Part shown: positions 48,771 through 63,430 of the stretch, one piece after another | Layout of the letters: every line of letters starts with the position of its first letter | Numbering within the stretch: the first letter of the stretch is position 1 | DNA from: Harriotta raleighana | Taxonomy: Eukaryota | Direction: 5' to 3' | Length of the DNA stretch: 64,000 nucleotides | Assembly (NCBI GenBank): GCA_050575255.1 | Contig: JBNZDD010013620.1 | Span: 1,258,274-1,322,273 of the forward strand | Made by a program: the position numbers and the translations under genes | Notes under the pieces: model-generated | Seen by the model: the letters and a program-made list of their open reading frames with translations, nothing else | Told to the model about the DNA's origin: nothing | Database searches by the model: none

Positions 48771-49959
48771 CACAGTATATTCAATATAGGACTAATGTGA
48801 CTTCAGAGTATATTCTGTGAAGTGCTTTGAGTCATCTTGAAGACATTATAAGGCACTATATCAAAAGCAAGGATTATTGTTATTATAGCAAGATGAGTAG
48901 TCTGGAGGAATGAGATAAAATTGGCCAAAGAGCCTTCATCCAACATCTTGTATGAAGTATAATCCATACTAATTGGTCTTTATGAACTCCTTAATCCACA
49001 CTCTCAATCATATCATTGCCAAGGGATCTACAATTCCAAGTTTAGTAAAAATATAATTTGTGTTATGTAATTATATTTATGGAGCACCAATTAACAAGTC
49101 ATTCTGCTGCTCACTTTCTGAGGAATCCAAAGTTATCAATTTTTCAGCCTTGCCCAACAAACTAAGTGGAGACTGATCCCGATGACAAGGAACATCATAG
49201 TGGCTCAAGGGAATTGTGCTCTGAAAAAAAAATCAAGTTGGAGAGAAGTAGCATCTTAAATCAAAATACTGTATTAAGGATTATCTTGAACTTCCAGAAT
49301 TTTTAAGAAACAGTAAAATTGTCTCCACATGCAATTACATTTATCACAGGATTTTTTTTTTTTACCAGCATGAAGACATCTGGTTAATAGCCTGGGTTCA
49401 CCAATTATCTTGATCCTTGCTAATATACGTGTGAATATATTTTTTAAATCACTGAGAAAAATATCCACACCGCAAATAAGGCCCGAAAGTATAGCACGAC
49501 TGAATCCATAACAGTGACTAATTTTTTTAACACATTAAAATTCAGCAAAAACACTACACAAATTAAAGTCCATCACAGTGAATGTTCATCTGATAATCCT
49601 GAGCGTAAATGCAAAGGTTGATGATGAATTACCTTCCTTTATCAAGCACTCCACAGCAACGCATGAATAGGCTGGTGGCACTGCAAAGCCATGTACTGCA
49701 AACAAGAGCTTAGCTTTATACATGATACACAGGTTGTTAATACCTCTTACATTCTGTTGACAGTTTGTCTGGAGGGAAACAAAGACTCCCAGTAGGTTAA
49801 GCCTGAAATCCTGCACAAGGGACTGAAAGAGCTTTTAGACTTCAAGCACAAGATGAAGCAGTGAGTAGCTATACTGCTGCACAGTGGCTAATTGTTCAGC
49901 ATCAACTCCTAAAAACAGCGCACGCAGCCAGCTGCTAAGCCAGAACAACAATACATGCA

Positions 49960-50540
49960 GACATATAGAGCTTTTCATATTGGAAGGACATCCTATGATA
50001 TTCGTCAATGAGGGATTTGCACCCAAACTGTGGGATGTGATCAGAGAGAGGTGGAGGGCAAGTGGGGTGGAAGAAGGACAGATGATTGAAGGCACGGTCG
50101 AAAAGCAAGAACTTAAGATGGACCTTAAAGGAGGCAGGAAAGAGAACACATGTAAGGGCTCCGGGATGGAGTTCCAGAGGGTGAGGGCAGAAAGGCTGAA
50201 GATCCAAACACCGATAGTGTAGCATGCAGTTCGGGAAACGTGGAGCAGGGCTCCATTGCAATGACTGCAGAGAGAAAGGAGTGGACACTTTTCAATAGAT
50301 CGCAAAGATAGGATGGAGCAAGGCCATGGAGGGGTTTAAAGGCGAGGACAAGGATCTTGAGCCTTCAGGGGGATGTGGAGCCAGTGAAGCTGGGCAACAG
50401 TGGGAGTAATTGCCTCATGAAGCTTAGTCCAAGGGAGAACATGAATTGCAGAGTTCTAAATAATCTACAACTTGTGTAGGGAAGTGTTAAAAGAAAGTCT
50501 GGTGAGCAGAACGTTAACATAATGAACGCTATGGATGAGG
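49960..50540 (-). mobile_element. L2 3' fragment
   Basis: TIGVWIFSLSALTLWNSIP, FKVHLKFLLFDRAF, and upstream KILVLAFK. Confidence 0.75.
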
Positions 50541-53178
50541 GCAACGGGTGGTTTAGCGCATTGAAAGTAGTTCGTCTTTATCCCTTTCCAATTATCTACA
50601 GGAAGAAAACGCAGTGTTTGGAAATATTAAAAGCCGATGTGTCAGTTTAAACTGATTTGTTTTAAATAGCATAATATGAAGTTAAATATTTTCCTACCTA
50701 TTTAGTAGGAAACCTTCAACCATTCACAGTATTTTGCTTATATTTACGCGAATAATGTAGCTTTGGTCATTTTTACCCTGTTAGTGAATATGCAAATGCT
50801 CACCAGCAGGCAATGTTACAGAGGAAATGCAATTCTCTTGATACAAAACCAACTAAAAAGATGTGATAACTCTTAGTGGATTCAGCTCCTGGTTTGTGAG
50901 TCTGTCCTCTTTCATTAAGATTTTTTTTTGGAAAAAACTTATTGAATGGCCATTTCTAGACATGTCTTTTGGAATGTACTGTCATGGACCTTTCTGCAAT
51001 CTCATACTAACATTGCAAATTCCTGCATGTGAGAGCAAAGGGCACTGACAGCAATTAGCAAACATTAGTTTAATAGAAACTTTAATCAAGCACCTTGGAT
51101 GTCTGCTTTCCATTAACAGCAATCTGTTTTATTTGACGAACATTGTCCCTGATGTACAGAGTATTCCTCCTCATTAGCTCTTCCACTATGTGACCCGTGA
51201 GCAGCACTCATCTGATTATCTTGTGTGCTAACAGTGCAGCAAAAACATCCTTGTAGAACCAAAGGTATTTAAACTACAAAAGATGTTGCTTGTAGTTACT
51301 TTAATTTTGCTGCAACGCCTTTGAATAAATGATCTTGCCCTCCAACCAACACAGTCAGAACCAGCAACCCAACATGCAGCTGAAGAAGAATTTCTAGTTT
51401 CAGCTGTTATTGCTGGCAAGATATCGTGCCTCCTGTTGTGTTATGAAGGCTTACTACCTGGGAACTGGAATGCACAAAACTGAGATCAACAACAGCTATG
51501 CAAGAGTTATTGAGCATATTTGGTGGCAAAAAGCAGTTCAAGTATTCAGCAACTCACAGAATTGTCCAAACAGTCTGATGCTGCAAGCTTCACTGCACAG
51601 AAACAATCACATCTGGTACCCAATGCCACGTGATCAGAAATATGGGACTTGGGAAAGGGGGTTGATCAGTTGTGGTTAGGATTAACTCTCGGAAGTGGGT
51701 TATGCTTGCAAGAGAAACCTCTCACCTCCTCAGTGCCTTGGGACGTCCCAAAAGGTGCTCTATAAAAGGTGTAAAAGGTGCTCTATAAACGTAACTTTGT
51801 TGTTGTATTTTGAAATGGACCTTTGGGAATTCTTGAGTCATCATTAATAAGCTATCTTTTGCGGATGCATAAGATAACCATGTTTTTCTTGAAGCTGAAA
51901 TAAACCAGAGCAATTTTTTCCATTTTGGAAATACTGTACTATCATTTGAAAGCATGCATTAACATTTTCTGATACTTCTGAATTTGTGATTTGTTGGCAC
52001 AAAATTGATTGAACAGAGATTCTGTTTGGAGAGAATGAAAAAGTAATGTAATGGATGAAGTGCTCAGATCACAAGAAGCAATTGTAATCCTTTGGGAAAT
52101 ATTTTTGCTTACAAATACAGTACACGTTAGAAGTTTGTAGTATTTTGAATGAAAAGCCTTATCTTGATGTTACCAGAAAGTATGAATATAAATGCATCAA
52201 TCCTGCAGTCAGAGGAGAAAAAGTTCAGGCAAGCAATCCTATCCACAACTCTATTTTTCAATTTACAACTCAAAATTGGATCCGTGTAGGAAGTGAAAGG
52301 GGCCATGGATTAATTCTTATAGTTAAATATCTACTTGAGATATACACCGTACAGCTTCTCTTAGCTATTCTGATATAAATTCAAATAGCTTAGAAACTGA
52401 AGGATGTTTAAAAATCAGCTGGAGTGTCTGACACTTGCAGAAACCCATTATCATGCTTAAGAGTCTCCAAACAAAGTTCCATTAATACACATGGAAATTC
52501 CTGAGATATTCATTGGCATCCTGTTTTCATAATTCCAGAGTATTAGGTGCAGAATTGGCAAGAACCAAAGCTTGTGTGATGCCAGTGTGTGATTTTTGGG
52601 GGTCAGCTGGGTGTTTGGAGCACTGCCAACCACCTGGCTCAAGAACTGAACTACTGTTACCACCAAAGACTTTCCAAACTAATTCACATGCTTTTTGGTT
52701 TTTAAAAGAAGGTACTTTGGAACTAGTACTTAGAACTAGTACAATATATGGTTTGTCACATTCTCTATAGAGTTCAGTAGCTGATGCAAATATTTTCATT
52801 CCAGTTAGTAATTCTGCACTTCTCCACAGGCTATTTTGCAAAGATTAAAATAACTTCACAAGTATACATAATAATCCCTCTATTTGATACAAAGCCTATA
52901 ATTTTGAAATGTCAAAGCACTGAACAACAAATTGCTGTCAAGTTGTCAACTACAGTGAAAGTATTTTGAGATAAATGCATAGCACATTTTCATGCAGCAA
53001 ATGTTCACAAACACCAATGAAGTGAATGATCAGTTTATCTGGAGGATTGTCGGCCATGACACCGGGAGAAACTCTATCTTTTAGCAATGACATGAAGGGA
53101 CCTTGAACATCCACTTGAAGGGGCAGATACGACCTTGGTTTTAAAAACTTATCCAAAGGGGAACACCTTTGATAAATT

Positions 53179-53555
53179 CAATAAAAGCCTGTTTATCCGG
53201 CACCCGCGGGACCTGGCAATGCCGGTTAAACGGTTGGATCCGACGCCAAAAACCCAACACAATTTTTTAAAATTATTTTAACAAATACCATATTAATAAT
53301 AGACTAAATAATAGTGGAATATTCTATGGGTACTTTATTGTAACTGTTGTACACTGTACCATATAAATAATAGACTAAATAATAGTGGAATATTCTATGG
53401 GTACTTTATTGTAACTGTTGTACACTGTACCATATAAATAATAGACTAAATACAGTAATAACAGATACTGTAATAACAGAATATTGTATGGGTACTTTAT
53501 TGTAAATGTTGTACACTCCACCATATAAATAATAAACTAAATACACTATTACAAG
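53179..53555 (-). mobile_element. Partial MITE of the same family (one TIR) with tandem repeats
   Basis: 'caataaaagcctgtttatccggcacccgcgggacctggc' followed by repeated 'aataatagactaaataatagtggaatattctatgggtactttattgta' units. Confidence 0.75.
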
Positions 53556-53709
53556 TGAAGTGAACATTTAGACTGATTAAATACACTATTAACAAGTGAA
53601 GTGAACATTTAGACTGATTTAGAAAGATAAGAGAGAAAGTGTGGCAAGACTGGTATGGAGGAAAAAGGTCTCTTTGCTCATCCAACCTCATCTTTTCAGA
53701 CAACAATCG

Positions 53710-53922
53710 AGGGATAATAATCCCTCCAAAAAAAACAATAATAAAATTGGTCATTTCAGTCCATGACTGTTTGTGGGACGTTGCTGTGCGTAATTTGGCT
53801 GCATTTTGCCCACAAATATGCAGTCAATTCACTTTACAGTATATTCTGTGAAGCGCTTTGAGAGGTCTAGAAGACCGTGAAAAGCGCTATATCAAATGCA
53901 AGGATGAGCATTATTATTATTA
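53710..53922 (+). mobile_element. 5'-truncated tRNA-derived SINE
   Basis: Deu-like body and tail. Confidence 0.85.
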
Positions 53923-54899
53923 TTTCACGGAAAGTATTTGAGATATTTTCCTTCATGAAAGATATTATGCAAGTTTAAGTTATTGTTAGTGCAGTATATT
54001 GATGTCTACTGTTCAGCAATGCATGACTCAGCTAAATGAAATTCTATGGGTACATCAAACTAGACCAGCAGGTTTATCTATTCAAAATGGCTCAGATTGG
54101 TCCTCATTTAAGATGTACCTCTTTGACTGGACTTTTGGTTATAAGTTCACAGAAGGTACAGTTCTGGCAAATCTCCATCCCCTCAGCTCCCATTCACCAA
54201 CTTTGGCACCGAGCCAGTAATGTCAAGCTCCTGTTAAAAATGTAAATGCTATTTTATTGAATTGTTCCAACTGTGTCATGCCCTTTGATTGAAAGGATTG
54301 GAAATTGTTAAGCAAACTGCATGACTGGTGATTGGTTCAGGGTCCCTTCAAAGCTTATTTCATTGCAAATGATGGGAACTCAGAACTATTGTTTACTCAC
54401 ATCTTGTAACATTTTCTATTTTACTCAATCACAGTCACAAATATAGTCACACAGCCAAGTGCTCATTACTGCTATCTGAGTTCATAATTACGATTAATAA
54501 CCACTTGGATTGATCATTTCATTTTAATTAAATACATGAAGAGAATTTTCAGTGTGGATACAATCAAACCAAAAGCATCATCCACGTTATAACAAGTAGC
54601 TAGTGATATCCTGACAGATAGAACATTATTGGCTAATCAAGTGCATTTATGGAATCAGAACGATTACAGAACAAACGGAAGCCATCATGTTTTTGCTGAT
54701 ACAAACTCATGCTGTACTTTTCAGTTCTTTCTTATCTAAAAACATGTTAAAAATTAAGATTCAAAACCTAATTCAAGATTGTGGCCAACATTTTGCTCTT
54801 GGGTCTTTTCTCTTACTCAAGAGACATCAGACAAAGTTGCAAAGCAAAGTGAGCTTTTAATTACTTAGCAAATATACACTATTATCATCGCGGACCAAT

Positions 54900-55480
54900 T
54901 CGCGGGCTACAGTATGTGTGACAACTTGTAGAAGCAGATGACAACCAGTGAAAAGTGGTTGCATGCAATAAGTGGCGAAGAGATTTGATTGAAAGCGTAT
55001 CAAATGTTTTTTCAATCCTGGGCAGAGGGATGTTGCCATGCTCTTCAGAAAACAAGCAGTGATCTTTGAGAGGTGCAGATAGCAAGCGAACAGACAAATG
55101 CTGGAATCTCGATAGAAATTAGTAATATGTAATTGGAAANGGACAGACAAATGCTGGAATCTCGATAGAAATTAGTAATATGTAATTGGAAACTGTTATT
55201 GAGCTCATTTTAAGATGAAGAAGTAGATAAAGAGTTGTGGAGATAAGTAAAAAGAAGGAGTTTAAAGGAAATCGTAATGTGATCATTATTGAAGATTTCA
55301 ATTTACAAGAAGAAAAGGCCATAAATAGCAGGAAGCTGTGAATATATAAGAAATTCCAGAGAGATAATCAGTGACTGTTTCATTACATCTGAGACTATTT
55401 AGAGCAGATATTACTTCAGATTAGCGCTTTGTGGTCCATTGGAGACAGTCAATGTATTGAAATTTGATGAATATTTGCAT
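54900..55480 (+). mobile_element. Very degenerate CR1 endonuclease-region fragment
   Basis: NVIIIEDFNL (compare vIIMGDFNL) at about 55275-55305, with an upstream GRG..A remnant. Confidence 0.45.
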
Positions 55481-55875
55481 TGCCGTTGAACCAAAAGATT
55501 GTGAGTTCAAGCCCCACACGAGGATTTCAAAGTGTTTTGAGATGTTTCGNGGTTGTGATAAGGCGCTATATCAAATGCAAGCATTATTATTAGAAATACG
55601 CAGTCATTACATGCAACAATAAATTCTGTGAAGCACTTTGAAATGTCTCCATGAGCGTTGCATTAAATGCAAGGAATATTATTGTTATTATCCTTGTATA
55701 TTGCTTTGGGATGTCCTCCCGACTTGAAAGGCTCTAGACAAATGTAATTTTGTTGTTGTATAGCGACATTGGTTAGGCTGCAGCTGGAATATTGTATGCA
55801 TTCTTGTGTTCCACATAATACAACGGTTAACAGAGCAGAATAGATCGACAGGATACCAGTGATCAAAGCAATATA

Positions 55876-56309
55876 CAGCAAATGCCCGTTTATCCGTAAC
55901 TCGATCAACTGGAACGTCCGTATAACCGGTACGTCAAAAAAAGTCCCCATCCTATTAACTGGAAGTTATCCGCACAATCACATTGGCACATTCAATGAAA
56001 AAAAAGAAAGAAGGAGGAAGGAAAGGAAAGAAGGAAGGAAAGAAAGAGAGGAAAAACCCAGTACCCCTTTAAACCACTATTGTCCGCCGTTGTAGAAGTT
56101 TGCTTTGTGATTGTGTGCTTTTATAGACTGTAATCAATATTTATTGCTTTATTGGTAAGTATCAATATTCTGTTATTATTTAATCTATTATTAATATGGT
56201 CTGTTTTAAAAATATATATTTTGTGCTGGGTTTTCTTCCGAATATCTGGCATGCTGTTTAACTGGCATTGACCAGGTCCCGAGGGTGCCGGATAAATGGG
56301 CTTTTACTA
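55876..56309 (+). mobile_element. MITE of the same family inserted in a CR1 fragment
   Basis: TA|CAGCAAATGCCCGTTTATCCG ... CGGATAAATGGGCTTTTACTA|TA. CR1 sequence (TLVRLQLEYCMHS) lies on the left and continues on the right. Confidence 0.8.
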
Positions 56310-57159
56310 TATTGAGAGCCTAGAGATTAGTTTGAGTAGAGAAGATTTTATGATTCAAATCTTAAAGACAATGAAAGATGTCACTAAATTACTAAGCATG
56401 TGGCCCTAATCAAATGACCTCAGTAGTTCCTTTCTTGATTCCTCAACTGCATTCAGCTTCACTTCTTCTGAGCTGGTTCTGGAGTATGCACTGTGATACA
56501 AATGTAATTTTGTTGTTGTTGCTTATGTAGGTATATTAAGAGTAATCAGTACATTTGATGTTGCGCCTTTCATGTTAGGAGGATGTCTCATGGATCTTCA
56601 AATACATATACAGTTGCATGTGACAGCCTTTCAATTTTAAAATGCTATCACAAAAATAGTGGGTGGTGCAGTGGATTTATGTCAAGTACAGAAGATTTAT
56701 ATCAAAATTCACACTAACAAACACAAATCTCGGCATGCCCTAGTGCCTCCCTACCTTTGTGACCTTTTCCAGCTTCACTCTTCTATCTCCATTTTGCTAA
56801 CTCAAGTCTACTGCCCAACCCTTATCCCACTAATGACTGAGCCTTCAGCCACTTATGTTCCTACCCTCAAAAATCCTCTCCCAAACCTCTCTGCCTCAAC
56901 TCTCTCTATCTATTTTTAAAAGCCTTCTGGTGCTACCCGTTTGACCATGCCATGGTCACTAGTCTCTTCAGGGTTTTAATCATCTCTGTAAAACATTGAG
57001 AGAGATGTTACCCTATCTAGAAGACACTATATAAAATGCAACTTGTAGTAATATAGAAAATTCCTACAAAGTTAAGGTTGAATTGAAACTTTGCCAAATT
57101 CTGTATTTTCTGAATCACAAAGAACATAGTAAAATCTCTCCTCCTGTTTTTCTTCCCAC

Positions 57160-57420
57160 CTCTGCACCACCACGTTCTCATTGCTCAATTCTTGGTCATT
57201 ACCTTTCAAATATCGACATGCACCAAGCCAGCGAAGTCATCCTCAGACATGGAGTTATCTTCCAGAAGTATGTGGATGACATCCAACTCTCTCTCACTGC
57301 CTCCACCTTTGATTCCAGGACCACTGCTGTTCTGATCAATTGCCTGTCAGTCATCAAGTCCTGGATGAAAACTAACTTTCTCAAGTTGAATGTCGACAAG
57401 CTTCACTCTTGTCAATGCCT
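57160..57420 (+). mobile_element. L2 RT fragment
   Basis: VILRHGVIFQKYVDDIQLSL...CLSVIKSWMKTNFLKLNVDK. Confidence 0.8.
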
Positions 57421-60334
57421 CTTCAACACAGTCTCAAACTAGTGGATGCACATTCAACCTTGTAAAGCTTATGCAGCACCTCTGTNGTGCTGACAGTCTC
57501 AAACTAGTGGATGCACATTCAACCTTGTAAAGCTTATGCAGCACCTCTGTGTTTTGTTTGCCTCTCGGCTATCTTTTAAAACCTTCTACTAGTGAGTAAC
57601 CACTTTGGAGGGATGATGGGGTCTACTTGGAATTGAACCAGCTCCAAGATAACACGTTTGACAATGACATGTTGGAATCAAGCCAGCCTTGGTCGTCCTG
57701 TTCTTAAGCCAAGCAGGTCCACGATATTCCAAGGCACTGCTGAGGACAGCGTTTTGGTTCATTTGTAGCATTTGGAAGGGCACTCACCTCAGTTCCTGCA
57801 AGCCAAAGCTCTGATGGGTAGGGTGGTCCTAACTAGACAAGCAGTTAGAAAACTTGCCAGACAGCAATATCAGTGACAAACTAAGCGTTTTAGCTGGTTT
57901 GATTCCCAACAGTTCCCCAACCCACACTCTGGGGTCCCCAGACCATGGCTCATTCCAGCCTCCACCTAACACTTTCGGGAATTAGATAAGCAGAATGCAT
58001 CCCTCTAGAGAGAGTGTGTGTATTCCATTCCGACAATCTATCTCTGGGATTTCCATGAGTGGGTGGGACGCATGGAAATCTCAGCTTGGTTTAGATACTA
58101 TTAAGCCTTGTGATGGGTTTCTGCCTGTATCAAATAGGAGCCTGACCCCCCAAAAAATCATACTTTGACCCACTCAGCTTTCTCTTAACTCTGTAACATT
58201 GCTGTCTCGACCATTACCTCTCCCCTCGGATCCATGCTTTCATCATAGTCTATTATGGTAAATGTCTGCTCCTTGGATGATTTGCTTGTTCCACCCTGTA
58301 GACTAGGCAGACCTCTGCAGCTCAAGTCCTTTTTCTGCACTAGACTAAAATAAGCGTAACTCTCCCTGCCCCATGCACCCCACCATCAGTGGTCAGGCTT
58401 TCAACAAAGCTGCTCCACTTGCTGGAAGTTCGGAGTTCCTTCAACTCGCCCCTTCCCTCAGCTTCTTTAAGTCCCATCCCAAGACCTTCCTTTTTGACTG
58501 CACTTTCTGCCACGATTTTTCACACCCTACCACCCTCATCCCCAGCTAAAGTGCAAAATTAACACTATCCAGTGCATTATGACGTTCTCCCCAATGTGAA
58601 AGGCATTATATAAATGCTAATTTATTGTTCTAATTTGTCATTTGGACCTTAGATACTTCTCCTCAGTTCTGCAGATGTATATCCTGATGACACTATCATA
58701 TCTTCAACTCTTCAACTCCATCTCTCCAACTAAATTCCAAACGTATTGCTATTTATTCTCACCAACTGACTGCCTGTACAACATTATGTTCTAGATAAAC
58801 TATAACTTCCTTCAACTTAATGTCAACAAGACTGAATTATCTTTTGGTTCTCATCGGCTTCTTCAGATATATAACTCGGACTCTATGAATCTCTGCCTGT
58901 TTGCCCACTGTTTGATGAGTTTTACACAATCATAGAATTCTGCTTGTACCTCAATCTATTCAACAAGTCCCACATCAGGCTCATATCCTTCTTCCAAATA
59001 TAGAACATGATTCCACATCAAGACTTTGAACTCACATCCAATACAGTGTTGGAGGAGTGCTGCATTGTTGGAGACACCGTCCTGTAACATCACCAAGACG
59101 TTAAAACCAAGGTCCCTTCTAACTGTTCAGGTGGACAATAATGATCCCATCAAAAAGAGAAGGGAGTTTATTCCAGTGTCACCAATCTCCCAAATAAAAT
59201 TTGTTAATCATTTCATAGCTATTTTGGAGGCAGTGGGCTGTGCAAATACTGAGGAAAATATGCAAAGGTTATGTGGAAAACGCAGGGCGAATGAATTCAG
59301 TGAAAGAGCTGGAAGCAGCACAGATTTAATGGGTTGAAGTTTTTTTATGATACAAAATATCTAAGATGAGCAACAGCCAAGTAACACAATCCAGCTCCAC
59401 AATGCTCTCCTCTGGGCTATGTGCAAATAGCATGGACTCTAAATTCTGTGGTGAAACACTCGTGGGTCAAGTTTTCCCTTCAGTCGTATCAAAAGTAAGG
59501 AGGTTCCATTGGAATGGCCAAATATTTTTCTGTAAATATAAGTTTGCTTTACACGGATTGTTTATTGGAGCAACACTACTTCCCAGAGTTCCTCAAAGCA
59601 CATAGCTAAAATACCGTCATACCCACACAAGCCTCACAGAGTTTATAGCATTACTGGTGGAAGAGGCTTCAGACTCATTAATCAGTTTGCTGAATTTTCA
59701 GGCCTTAGGTGTATTGAGAAGAGCAACTAGATATGAAAGTCAATGGGCACACTTCAAGGTAAAATTATTTATGCAAATTCAGAACAGACTGGTTTCCATT
59801 GCACACAAATATTGAGAGATTAATTACTGAGATTCCTAGTGTACATTCAGACTGGTTGCAACACAACAGAGGTAAACATCAGAGGTATTGTCAATTGGCA
59901 GAATGCCTGGTGATACATGGATTAAGCGAGCTTGTATTAGAGGTGACATATGAAATGCATGCTATATGGCAGAGAATTCCAGTCTATGATTATAGAGCAA
60001 CAAAATATATTCCAGCTCATTTCAACCAGATGGATGGTCTTCAGAAACTACAGACCAAAAGCAAGCAAAGTTTGAGTCATCACAAGTAGGATAATGGATC
60101 TTTGGTCACTGATGTGCACATGATTTCCAAGGTTTGATTGGACAAAATATCTATGCAATTTTGTCAACCTAGTTTCCTTGTAGAAAGCATAAAATATGTC
60201 TTCATAAGGTGTGGCTCATTCCGTATTGGACTGCTTTCATTTCGCTTAAATTGCAATTGTGGTGAGGCGAGCAATCGTTTCCTTCCGAGCACAAATGGCA
60301 TAAAACAGGCCTCATGGTTCACTGCCAGCTGTGC

Positions 60335-62200
60335 CTAGAGCATGTTCACACCAACTTACGCTCTCTCCTGCAATCCAAAACTGCATTCTAATCGCAGATC
60401 ATTCTGGAGGCCCAAAAAAACCACTTTATAGTCCTGTTCTCCACCACATCCTCCATGAGCCCCATCAAGCAGCATCAATCCTAACATCTAATGCCATGTG
60501 CAAAGAGGTCTTGGAATTCTTTATCTCCAAGACAGATAACATCCACCTGGGCACCATCTTCTCCTGCCTCATAATTTCCTCCCCTCACCGCATTTTTTCT
60601 CCCATCATCCATTCCTCCTCCCACAGCTCCTACCATGGGTCCAAACATATACTCCTTTGCCCCCATCTCTCCTTCCTCCCTCCCATCCCTCCATCACCCA
60701 GGTGAACCCTACCACCTGCTGCATCAGCCCCTCTACCCAACCAATTTCTGGTTGCATAACTCCCCCCTCCTCCAGCCACTTCTGGCAAACACCAGAACTC
60801 AGGCCCTCTCCCCAGACTCAATTCCACTCCGCCTCAAAGCAGCTGTCATCACTCACCTCCTTTTTATCCCTACAACCTCATGCAAAACCAGCGCCTTTCA
60901 AACCTGCCCTTCCTGACCAAATCCCTAGAATGCGTTGTTGCCAGTCAACTTCTCTTACACCTCACTCGCCAGTCACCACTCCCACCCCTCCAGTCCAGTT
61001 TCCACCCAGCCCACAGCATGGAGACAGTGATTGTCATAGTAATAAATGACATTCTCTGTCTCTGTGATCAAGGATCCCACTGCCTTCTCGTCCTGCTGGA
61101 ACTTCACACAGCTTTTGACACAAAGCAGTCGACCACACCATCTTCCTCCACCACCTCTCTTCCCTCATCCACCTTAGTGGGTCCGCACTTATATGGTTCA
61201 TGTCTCACTTAACCAACCATCTCCACTTCATCTCAGTAAATGTTTTTTTCTCTCGTTCCGTCCAATCATTTGCGGGATGTCTCAAGGTTCCATCCTTGGC
61301 CCCCTTCTCTACCTCATCTACATGCTCCCTTTCAGTGATGTCAGTCATAGACATGTTATCAACTTCGACATGTATGCGGATGACACACAAATCTACTTCT
61401 CTTCCTCCAACTGTAATTCCCAGTTCTCTGCTATTCTGTCAGCTTTGACAAATATCAAAACCTGGATGAGCGCAAACTTCCTGCAGCTGAACATTGACAA
61501 AAGATAAGCCATATTCCTTGGTTCCAGTCAAAGTCTTCTCTCCTATGGTTCAGACTTTTTCACCTTATCCGATCTCTCCCTAAGACTCACAAATCTGTGC
61601 GTAATTTAGGTATTAAGTTCGATCTCCAGCTATCCATCGTACCCTACACCCAGGCCCTGGCCAGAACCAATTTCCTCCAACTCTGCCACATTGCCTGCCT
61701 CCATCCGTACCTCACTCCAAAAGCTGCAAAAATTCTCACCCATGCCTTTGACAGCTCACCTGCAAAAACTCTGCACCTCCATTACCCTAGTCCTTAATAA
61801 ACTCCATTGGCTCCCTGTTCAAGATCCTCACTCTTGTATTTAAATCCCTCCACGCTCTGGCACCCCTGTATCTCTCCAACCTGCTCTTTCCCTACACCAC
61901 TACCTACTGCTTCTGCTCAACTGGCTACAGCCTCCTCGCCATCTCCTGGACCTCTGCCCCACCATTGGCAGCCATGTTTTCAGTCATTATGCTCTAAAGC
62001 TGTGGAACACTCTCCCTCAATCCTTTTGCCATGCTTCCTTTCTCCCCATTTCCTGGTCAGACTTGAAGACCTTCCTATTTGACCTATGGTCACCTTCCCT
62101 CTTCCCTGGCTCAACATCGGAGTCCACCACTGTTAAGCACCTGTTAAGATACTCTCCAGCTTGAGGGGTGCTATATGCAGTAAATGGAATTTGTTGTCAA
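60335..62200 (+). mobile_element. Degenerate L2 LINE, 3' 1.9 kb (RT domain to tail)
   Basis: LKAAVITHL, LSNLPFLTKSLECVVASQL, QSSFHPAHSMETVIVIVINDIL, GMSQGSILGPLLYLIYMLP, MYADDTQIY, NLGIKFDLQLS; frameshifted. Confidence 0.92.
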
Positions 62201-63089
62201 AATTCAATACTACATAAAATCTTCAGCACCAAAACAAAACAAGCCATTCAGTCCAAGCAATCTGTAAGTGTTTATGCTTCCTACGAATACTCAACCACCT
62301 AAATTAAGTCTTTTCCCCCTTCTTTGTTTCCCCTATGGTCCCTCTACTCACTTCTCCCCGCTGTATGCATCGAGTTTCCTTTTAAATATATTGATGCTCT
62401 CTGGCAGTGAGTCAAAATCCTCACCATCATCTCTGTAAAGACAATTTTGAATTCATAATTATAAACACCTTTATCAGGTTCACATTCAATCATCTCATCT
62501 CCAGTTACGAAAGTTCTAACCTGTCCAGTCTTTCCTGATCATTGCGTCGTCTCATCCCTGGAAATATCCTATTCAATCTACACTGCACTTTCTCCATTGC
62601 TACAATTGTCATATGATGAAAAGAACTGCACAAATGTTCTTGAATATGGTTTTAGGTATAGGAATTGTACCGTATATTAGCAGTAATAATCCTTGCATTT
62701 AAGTGCCTTATCACATCTTTGAGATGACTCAAAGCACTTCACATACTATTCACTAAAGTGAATTTGACTGCAATGTTTGGGTAAAATAGACAAGTCAATT
62801 GCACACAGTTGACGAGTGTGTAGCATTAAATGCAAGGTTACACCTAAACAATAATTACAATAAAGAAAAGCTTCCTGGTATCGGTCCTAAAATTGCTCTT
62901 TGCCCCTCAAAAATCTATCTTCTTTTTGTTCTGCTGTCTTGGTGCATCCAAATTACTACTGATATGGTTCATCATCGTTGATCTCCTCTGCACTGTCACT
63001 GGGGCTTGGGTATCCCACTCATGTTACGGGGATCAGAACAGTATGCAGTACTCAAAGTGCAACCTAACCAAACACAAGGATTCCCGCTA

Positions 63090-63430
63090 TTAATGGTTAG
63101 AACACTCGCCTTGAAAGCAAGAGGAACCGCGTTCGATTCCCAGCAGAGCAAAACGTTGGGTAAGTTTCCTCACTCCAGACAACTCCGTTTACTTAGCATT
63201 AAGTAGGAATCCAGTTATTAGTCATTTGGCGGATCGCTTTCCGAGGATAATAACCTGTTCAAATAAAATATGAATAATAATAACAGGGCACACTGATGTG
63301 TGCAATGGTCTGCGTGCAATTTCACCCAGAAAGTGCAGTCAATTCATTTTACAGTGTATTCTGTAAAGATCTTGGAGACAACTCGAAGAACATGATAAGG
63401 CGTTATATCAAATGCAAGGTTTATTATGAT
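63090..63430 (+). mobile_element. tRNA-derived SINE (longer subfamily)
   Basis: 'tggttagaacactcgccttgaaagc..gttcgattcccagcag', the extra segment, and the tail 'ataaggcgttatatcaaatgcaagg'. Confidence 0.8.

Noticed and set aside
49751-49768. Possible upstream micro-exon, and an isolated GTGAGT donor near 57787
   Set aside because: Splice-like sites alone, with no motif or phase support, occur frequently by chance.
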